64,000 bases of DNA from an uncultured Bacilli bacterium (lineage in GTDB: Bacteria; Bacillota_I; Bacilli_A; RFN20; CAG-449): positions 27,399 through 91,398 of the forward strand of contig CANQCZ010000001.1 in assembly GCA_947591215.1 (NCBI GenBank), read 5' to 3'. The translations under genes were made by a program, and so were the position numbers. The notes under the pieces are model-generated. The model did no database searches and was not told where the DNA came from. It saw only the letters and a list, made by a program, of their open reading frames with translations. How positions within the stretch are numbered: the first letter of the stretch is position 1; every line of letters begins with the position of its first letter. Shown here piece after piece: positions 57,408 through 64,000 of the stretch.

Positions 57408-58844
57408 ATGAAGAAGTTGAAACTAATTCCATTTTTGGCACTGGCGGTCGCTACGACATTGACTGCTTGTGGTGGTGGAAGAGAACGTCCACGTGAAGGC
57501 GGCTTCCTCAGCATCGTCGCTTATAATGGTGGCTACGGTGATGAATGGTTACAAGCAATTGCCCAAGAATTTACTAATCAAACCGGAACCAGAGTCGAAT
57601 TTGAAACGGACTCTTTGATTCTTGAAAAGATCGACGAACAATTGACCGGCGTTAGCAATTACGATATTTACATGTCACATGGTCTCAATTGGCAAAACTA
57701 CGCTTCGCGTGGTTTATTAGCTAATCTTGATGATTTATATGACACGGTCGTCGATGAAAGCACCGGTAAAAAATTTGTGGATCGTTTTTCTAACGGAGCG
57801 CCTGAATTGAGTCGTTATAAAAATGAAAACGGGGAAGAACATTATTATAAAGTTAACTGGACTCAAGGTGCCGGAGGATTGGTTTATAACTCTTCAATGT
57901 TTGAAAAATATGGTTGGGAAGTACCGACCACCTATGATGAATTGGTTACGTTATGTTCAAAGATAGTTTCGGATACTAATGGAACGGTAACACCGTTTGT
58001 TTGGGCCGGCGGTCCAAATTCCAGAGACTACTATTGGGATTATGTAATATATGAATGGTGGGCTGAACTAGAAGGGGTTGAAAACTTCAATAAGTGGATG
58101 ACTTTCCAAAGCGATGACGGAACTTATAGTAATAGTTATGAAAACTTCAATCCCGATGGTCGTGGCGCTAACTTTAAAAAAGCATTTAAAATGTGGCACG
58201 ATTTAATCGCAAAAAATCCACAATACTCAAATAGTGAACCATATGGTACCAGTTTATCGACCGCACAAACTGATTTCTATTTGGAAAAGGCGGCCATGAT
58301 TCCATATGGACAATGGGCCAAAAGAGAAATTCAACAGATGTTAAAAGCCGATTTCACATTCGACGTTAAGTTTATGAGAACACCACGCGTCAGTGCTGAA
58401 AGCGATTATTATAATTTCATGGTCGGATTTGGAGATTCGATTCTTATTCCGGAAAATTCACCAAGCAAAGATCTCGCTAAGGAATTTATCCTTTTCTTAC
58501 AGACCGAATGGGCTTGTAAAAAATTCGTCGAATTGTCGGAAGGACCATTCCTTGCCTTCGATTACAGTTCCTTCGACATGAGCGATTTAGCGGCGAAAGA
58601 TAAATACATCGCTTCGATGATTGAAATATTGGGCGATTCTGTGAACATTTCTAATGCGACTAATTCGCCATTAGTTATCGCTAATGGTGATACTGATGTC
58701 TGCTGCTGGATCAATAATACCCGTTATTACAATGATGCGATGCTTGATCCGGTTGCCTACAGCGTTGATCGAGTAATGAACGACGTATACAATGCCGCTA
58801 AAGGATCTTGGGCTCGTTTCTGTAACGCAGCGATGGTGAGTTAA
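57408..58844 (+). CDS. ABC transporter extracellular solute-binding lipoprotein (family 1, carbohydrate)
   Basis: MKKLKLIPFLALAVATTLTACGGG lipobox, about 480 aa. RBS AAAGGAGA. Confidence 0.8.
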   Translation: MKKLKLIPFLALAVATTLTACGGGRERPREGGFLSIVAYNGGYGDEWLQAIAQEFTNQTGTRVEFETDSLILEKIDEQLTGVSNYDIYMSHGLNWQNYASRGLLANLDDLYDTVVDESTGKKFVDRFSNGAPELSRYKNENGEEHYYKVNWTQGAGGLVYNSSMFEKYGWEVPTTYDELVTLCSKIVSDTNGTVTPFVWAGGPNSRDYYWDYVIYEWWAELEGVENFNKWMTFQSDDGTYSNSYENFNPDGRGANFKKAFKMWHDLIAKNPQYSNSEPYGTSLSTAQTDFYLEKAAMIPYGQWAKREIQQMLKADFTFDVKFMRTPRVSAESDYYNFMVGFGDSILIPENSPSKDLAKEFILFLQTEWACKKFVELSEGPFLAFDYSSFDMSDLAAKDKYIASMIEILGDSVNISNATNSPLVIANGDTDVCCWINNTRYYNDAMLDPVAYSVDRVMNDVYNAAKGSWARFCNAAMVS

Positions 58845-58845
58845 T

Positions 58846-59778
58846 ATGAGCAGTGTCTTTGTAAAAAAAGAAAATGGAGTAAATGAAAAACGCAAGCGCA
58901 AATTTCCGCGTACTGCGTTTTTCGTTATTTTAATGCTGGCTTATCCGGTATTCCATTTTTGCTTGATGTGGTTTGGAGTAAACATCAATTCTATTCTATT
59001 GACGTTTCAATGGGTGCGAAATTCGCGTCTCGAATGGGTTCCGATGAATCAGTTGTTCTATAACTATAATAATTTATTTCAAGAATTTTCGGATCCTGTT
59101 ATATCAAATATGTATAAAGCGAGTTTAGTATACTTTGTCTTAAACTGCTTGATTACTTTGCCGATATCTTTATTATTTGCGTATTTTATCTTTAAAAAAA
59201 TATATGCAGCCGGTGCTTTTAAGGTCATCTTCTACTTGCCTTCGATTCTTCCGATCGTGGCTTTGACGCTCGTGTACAAAACCGCTTTTGAAAACAATGG
59301 ATTTTTAACTCCGATTTTCAACTTTTTCGGGCTTAAAAGTTCCACTTTCTTCATGGGTGATACGGCTCAATGGATGGTATGGATTTTCTGCTTTTGGACC
59401 GGTATTGGATACAATGTTATGATGCTTACTGCCGGAATGGCAAGAATTCCTCGGGATATTTTGGAGTCTTCTAAAATGGACGGAGTTCCGCCTTTAAAAG
59501 AGTTCGTCCATGTTATTATTCCGTTAACTTGGCCGACGATTACCACACTATTTATTTTCGGCATGATGGGTGTCTTTGGTACTTATTTACAACCGATGTT
59601 ATTGACGGCGGGGCAAAACAACACTAATACAATCGGATTACAAATTTTCCGTGAATCGACTAACGTCGCTAAAAACCATCCAGCGACGATTGGGTTATTT
59701 TGTACCATTATCGGTACCCCGATCGTGCTTGGAACTAGAGCTTTGCTCAATCACTTCTTTAAGGAGGTGAATTTCTAA
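58846..59778 (+). CDS. ABC sugar transporter permease (MalF/UgpA-type)
   Basis: 6 TM and an EAA-loop region …SSKMDGVPPLKEFVHVIIPL. Confidence 0.8.
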   Translation: MSSVFVKKENGVNEKRKRKFPRTAFFVILMLAYPVFHFCLMWFGVNINSILLTFQWVRNSRLEWVPMNQLFYNYNNLFQEFSDPVISNMYKASLVYFVLNCLITLPISLLFAYFIFKKIYAAGAFKVIFYLPSILPIVALTLVYKTAFENNGFLTPIFNFFGLKSSTFFMGDTAQWMVWIFCFWTGIGYNVMMLTAGMARIPRDILESSKMDGVPPLKEFVHVIIPLTWPTITTLFIFGMMGVFGTYLQPMLLTAGQNNTNTIGLQIFRESTNVAKNHPATIGLFCTIIGTPIVLGTRALLNHFFKEVNF

Positions 59779-60722
59779 TGTCTATCTCAACATTTTTTAA
59801 ACAAAAAGTCAAAGCCAAGAAAAATGCAATTCGCCAAAGCGATTATGAACGTAAAAACGATTTGCTTTATAAACGACATCGCGGCGAGAAAATTTTATTC
59901 GTATTTATGTTCATCATTTTCTTGTTCTTTGCAATCACTTATATTTATCCGTTTATTTGGGTTTTCTACAATTCTTTTAAAACGCGGATCAATTACGCTC
60001 AAGATTACATAGGTTTACCGACTTCGTGGACATTTGACAATTTCTTAGAAGCATTCACTTATTCGAGTTCGGAAACGCATTACTTCAATATTTTCCAAAT
60101 GCTCGGAATGTCTGTTCTTATTTGTTCGCTTGGCACTCTAGTGACAGTGTTTGTTTCAAGCTGTGCGGCCTATGTCGTTGCTAAATACGAATTTCCGGGT
60201 CGGAATGTCATTTTTTCAGTCGTCATTTTCTCGATGATAATTCCCATCGTCGGTTCGTTACCAAGTCAAATTCAATTGATGAAAAATCTCGGTTTGGACG
60301 GAACGATAATCGGCGTTATCTTCTTGTATAGCGGCGGTTTTGGAATGAATTTCATGCTGTTGTATTCATTCTTTAAGAATTTGTCGTGGACTTATGTAGA
60401 AGCGGCAAAAATCGATGGAGCATCCGATTTTAAAATCTTCTTCTCGATTATATTGCCGATGGCTAAAGGTCCAATCATTGCGATATCGGTAATTACCTTG
60501 ATTGGACAATGGAACGATTACATGACTCCGATGATTTATTTGCCGGATATGCCGACCATCGCTGTCGGTTTAAGGCTCCTTGCCGATCAAATGCAGCAAG
60601 AAGGGAACTACGTCTTGTTATTTTCAACGATAACTTTGGCGATTATTCCGATAATTTTAATGTTCTGTTTCTTTTCGAAAACGATTATGGAAAACACCTC
60701 AGTCGGTGGTTTGAAAGGTTAA
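59778..60722 (+). CDS. ABC sugar transporter permease (MalG/UgpE-type)
   Basis: EAA motif EAAKIDGASDFKIFFSIILPMAKGP. RBS AAGGAGG. Confidence 0.8.
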   Translation: MSISTFFKQKVKAKKNAIRQSDYERKNDLLYKRHRGEKILFVFMFIIFLFFAITYIYPFIWVFYNSFKTRINYAQDYIGLPTSWTFDNFLEAFTYSSSETHYFNIFQMLGMSVLICSLGTLVTVFVSSCAAYVVAKYEFPGRNVIFSVVIFSMIIPIVGSLPSQIQLMKNLGLDGTIIGVIFLYSGGFGMNFMLLYSFFKNLSWTYVEAAKIDGASDFKIFFSIILPMAKGPIIAISVITLIGQWNDYMTPMIYLPDMPTIAVGLRLLADQMQQEGNYVLLFSTITLAIIPIILMFCFFSKTIMENTSVGGLKG

Positions 60723-60741
60723 TAATAAAGGAGATAAAAAT

Positions 60742-62166
60742 ATGAAAACCTCAAAATTGATGATTCTATCCTTAAGTTTACTCTTAGTCGGAGTGACAAC
60801 CTTAAGCGGTTGTTCGCAAGGCAACAACGATGATGTTGACGAAAATAAAATTACACTTTCGATTTCAGGACCGACTTCAGTACAAGTCGGGGCCTCGATA
60901 AGATTAGTAATCGATATTACAAACGATGATAATCGTGACGGCTATACGATTGCTAGCAGCGATGATTCAGTGGCAACTGTCGATCAAAACGGAATCGTGA
61001 CCGGTGTTAAAGTTGGTACGGTTCAAATTACCGTCACTTCCAGAGCTGATGAAACGGTTATTAAAACATATATGGTCGATGTCATTGAATCGACGATTCC
61101 GACTCTCGATATCGAAGTTAACGTTGATAGTCCGTCTATAGTCGGACAAAAACCGATATTTACCGCGAAATTGCATAATCCTCAAAACTTCGATGTTAAA
61201 TATCATTGGTCAAATGAGTATGAAAAAGGGACTTTTATCGGTAATGGCGGAAGCGAACAAGAGTTTCATCCGACTTTAGCCGGAACCGAGATCATTCATC
61301 TTGAAGCGGAAGTGGGACCATATGTGTTAAGAGCACAAAAAAGCATCTATATCCGCGAAGATTATTCTACCGGATGGCAAGAGATCGGCACCAAAGCCGA
61401 ATTCCTGGCAGCGTTTAAAAATCGTGGTTCAGAACCGCTTGAAACTAAATATTATTTGACAAGCGACATCGATTTAGAAGGTGAAACCTTTGTGAGCAAT
61501 AACACCGTTTTTGCGGGTGTTTTGGATGGTCGCGGATACAAAGTTTATAATTTCAAAATCGAAAGTTCTGCAAGCGGTCATGCAAATGCCGGACTATTTT
61601 CGAAAATCACGATGCACCATGGACATCAAATTCCTCATTTTGGACAAAGTGGTATTGTTCGTAATCTCGGACTTGAATGTGAGATTCCGGAAAATGGCTC
61701 TGGATGGGGAACGGGAGCCTTGACGGCCGGTTGTGACGGATTGATTGAAAATTGTTACTTTAAAGTCAATCATTCGTTTGATACGGGAAAATGGGCCACT
61801 GAAGAAAACAATTATTATGTTCCTTTCTGTTCCGCGATCGCGGGTAATTTAGATGGCACTATTCGTGATGTCGTCGTTGAAATTGCCGATACCGAAGGCA
61901 AAAGCACAATTTATTCAGATGTCGCTTATCCAAATGGCGGTGACACTTTAATGACTAAACAAAACGCTAAAGTGACGAATCTTTACACCAATCAAGGCGC
62001 TTCGAATATCGGTGGTCAAGCTTACGAATATGGGGCACCGATCAAGGATTTAAGCACATACCATATCAATCTGAATTATGCCTCAACTAAAGCTTCCGAT
62101 TATAGCTTAAACGAAACTATTTGGAACTTAACCGATAATCAGATGCCGTCTTTAAAAAATATTTAA
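60742..62166 (+). CDS. Surface lipoprotein with a Big_2 (bacterial Ig-like) domain and a Cys-containing beta-rich domain
   Basis: Lipobox LSGC. …ASSDDSVATVDQNGIVTGVKVGTVQITV (Big_2). The C-terminal region is paralogous to the next gene (G.VRN…C…G…AG.C.G.IEN). Confidence 0.6.
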   Translation: MKTSKLMILSLSLLLVGVTTLSGCSQGNNDDVDENKITLSISGPTSVQVGASIRLVIDITNDDNRDGYTIASSDDSVATVDQNGIVTGVKVGTVQITVTSRADETVIKTYMVDVIESTIPTLDIEVNVDSPSIVGQKPIFTAKLHNPQNFDVKYHWSNEYEKGTFIGNGGSEQEFHPTLAGTEIIHLEAEVGPYVLRAQKSIYIREDYSTGWQEIGTKAEFLAAFKNRGSEPLETKYYLTSDIDLEGETFVSNNTVFAGVLDGRGYKVYNFKIESSASGHANAGLFSKITMHHGHQIPHFGQSGIVRNLGLECEIPENGSGWGTGALTAGCDGLIENCYFKVNHSFDTGKWATEENNYYVPFCSAIAGNLDGTIRDVVVEIADTEGKSTIYSDVAYPNGGDTLMTKQNAKVTNLYTNQGASNIGGQAYEYGAPIKDLSTYHINLNYASTKASDYSLNETIWNLTDNQMPSLKNI

Positions 62167-62188
62167 TGAAATTTAAGGACAAAAGAAT

Positions 62189-63544
62189 ATGAAGAAGAAA
62201 ATAATAACATCGCTATTATTAGCGGTATCAATGGTAAGTGGATGTGGTGCTTTAAGCGCGTGTGCTTCAAGCCCCAAAAATGTGTATTTAGAAAAGGGCG
62301 ATCGCTATTTTACGAAAACTCCTTATGTCGATCTTTCTAACATTCCCGAAAAGATTTCTTTTAAAGTGGATATTGAGGAAAATATTCTTGATATTTCAAT
62401 CGGAAGAATCTTAATTTACGAAGAAGATTTTGATTATCGAGACGGAATTCTTTCAATCAATAGCGATGTGCTGAAAGATGAAAACGGAAAGCTTTTAATC
62501 GCTTCCGGAGACAATCGCTTTGGCATTCGGGTTGAAGGAAGAATGATTTACCAAGATTGTTTTATGGTCGACAAGGTCATTAACACACCTGACGATTTAC
62601 AAGACATCAACAATCGTCCTATGGGTTCTTATATTTTAGGTAAAGATATCGATTTATCCGGGGTTTCTAATTTCGAACCTTTAGGATATTCAGAAAGTGA
62701 TTCTCACTACAATCAAGAATTCGGCGGTATCTTCGATGGTAATGGATTTGCAATTAAAAACATTTCAACCAAATATTCCTTGCACCCCGAAAGCACCGAA
62801 GAACAATATCATGGTCGTGGATACGTTTTTGAAGATGAATCTCATCGCGAAGGCACTGAATTTGGAGTATTCCAAAATATCGGACCTAGCGGTGTTGTGC
62901 GCAACGTTTCTTTCATGAATTGCGATATTGTCGGAAAGACGATAGTAGGGGTGGTTGCCGGAACTTGCAATGGCATTATTGAAAATGTCTTTGTTGACAA
63001 AGATTGTTCGGCGATTGCTTCGACTCACTTCTATGATGACGATTGCAATGTCGGCGGGATTGTCGGACTTCAAGGAAGCGGGGAAATACGGAACGTCATA
63101 AGTCTTGCCAAAGCGGAAATTTTACCGCAGTTTACCGATTTTGACGATGAAAGTTACGATAATCCTGAAACTGAAGATGTCGTTGAAGTTTCACACATTT
63201 TTTATAACGGTGAAAAGGGATGGACAGATTCAAACGGATTGATTACTACCGGTGTCTATGCCGGAATCGGCAAAAGCTGGGCGACAGCGTCAAATTGCGT
63301 TGCTTTAGCCTTCAATGAAGGTTCATATGGCATAAGACCATTTGGTCAAACGCATTTAGCGGCCAATAACTTTAATGGAAACAGCGGCAATGAAGATATG
63401 GGTCATTTCATCAATTGTGTGGTTAAAACCGAAGACGAAATGAAAAGCAGTAGCCTTTATTCCTCTTTCTCCACTGAAATATGGAATATTGTCGAGGGTG
63501 GAATTCCAACTTTCAGAAATCCATATCCGACAGCTATTTATTAA
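62189..63544 (+). CDS. Surface lipoprotein, paralogue of the preceding gene
   Basis: Lipobox VSGCGALSAC. Shared motifs FGG.FDG.G…N, GVVRNVSFMNCDIVG…VAGTCNGIIENV. Confidence 0.6.
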   Translation: MKKKIITSLLLAVSMVSGCGALSACASSPKNVYLEKGDRYFTKTPYVDLSNIPEKISFKVDIEENILDISIGRILIYEEDFDYRDGILSINSDVLKDENGKLLIASGDNRFGIRVEGRMIYQDCFMVDKVINTPDDLQDINNRPMGSYILGKDIDLSGVSNFEPLGYSESDSHYNQEFGGIFDGNGFAIKNISTKYSLHPESTEEQYHGRGYVFEDESHREGTEFGVFQNIGPSGVVRNVSFMNCDIVGKTIVGVVAGTCNGIIENVFVDKDCSAIASTHFYDDDCNVGGIVGLQGSGEIRNVISLAKAEILPQFTDFDDESYDNPETEDVVEVSHIFYNGEKGWTDSNGLITTGVYAGIGKSWATASNCVALAFNEGSYGIRPFGQTHLAANNFNGNSGNEDMGHFINCVVKTEDEMKSSSLYSSFSTEIWNIVEGGIPTFRNPYPTAIY

Positions 63545-63572
63545 TTTTTTAGAAGTTTAAAGGAGATACGAC

Positions 63573-64000
63573 ATGGTCAAGTACTATTTTACCGGGGAAA
63601 CATTTGTGATTGAAGATTATCAAAACGCTAAAACGTTTTCATCTTTTTTTCCTGCGGTCAGCGGAGTAGATGGAAAGCCGATGTGGACTTTTTATTGCTC
63701 TCGCGGTCAAGCTATTTCTTCTTTCGGAGTCAATTCCAAGTCGACGCCGATTATTCCTTTCGATAGTGCGACATTAGCCTATCAAAATATCAATTTAAAA
63801 GCCTTTAGGACTTTCTTAAAAATCAACGGAAAGTATTTTGAGCCTTTTGCTTCACTTGATAATCACAAAACCAAAATGGCGATCGATAAAGCTAAACTCA
63901 CCATTGAAACCATCGAAAAAAATGTCCGTGTTACAATTAGTTATAGCAACGTGCCACATCGTCCTTATAGTGGACTTATAAGAAAAGTAACGATTGAAAA
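63573..64000 (+). CDS. 5' part of a cytoplasmic protein, possibly a glycoside hydrolase/phosphorylase for the imported oligosaccharides (truncated by the window end)
   Basis: RBS AAAGGAGA. No signal peptide. The functional guess rests on operon context only. Confidence 0.35.
   Translation, partial: MVKYYFTGETFVIEDYQNAKTFSSFFPAVSGVDGKPMWTFYCSRGQAISSFGVNSKSTPIIPFDSATLAYQNINLKAFRTFLKINGKYFEPFASLDNHKTKMAIDKAKLTIETIEKNVRVTISYSNVPHRPYSGLIRKVTIE

Overview
This window is a low-GC (about 30-35 %) Bacillota-type chromosome segment in three parts. (1) Positions 1-32.7 kb are a densely packed core region with Bacillus-like synteny: tal, trmL, rqcH, gmk-priA, a degenerate rsmB, rlmN-stp-prkC-rsgA-rpe-tpk, rpmB, rimP-nusA-ylxR-ylxQ-infB-rbfA, a MacB-type ABC exporter, trpS, spx-CYTH-nadK, maf-rnj, def and ylbD/E/F-like genes. 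(2) Positions 32.9-47.4 kb are a visibly more AT-rich accessory island. It holds a Gram-positive Rhs/YD-repeat polymorphic toxin locus: a 515-aa partner protein, a 1575-aa Rhs protein with a C-terminal toxin domain and a downstream immunity candidate, and four orphan rhs C-terminal/immunity cassettes. Each orphan cassette starts with a roughly 93 % identical 160-nt copy of the rhs core-end (…YCYNNPVMYADPSGH); one cassette is frameshifted and one is truncated. Three small genes of unknown function sit at the island's left edge. (3) Positions 47.4-64 kb are a LacI-controlled beta-1,3-glucan utilisation locus. It contains a 1402-aa secreted GH81 endo-beta-1,3-glucanase with F5/8 type C (discoidin) modules, surface lipoproteins, a CUT1-type ABC sugar importer lacking its ATPase, and paralogous lipoproteins. 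Three near-identical 16-bp palindromic operators (TGGAAATCGATTTCCA) each abut a ribosome-binding site. I found no rRNA, tRNA, CRISPR array, integrase or transposase.
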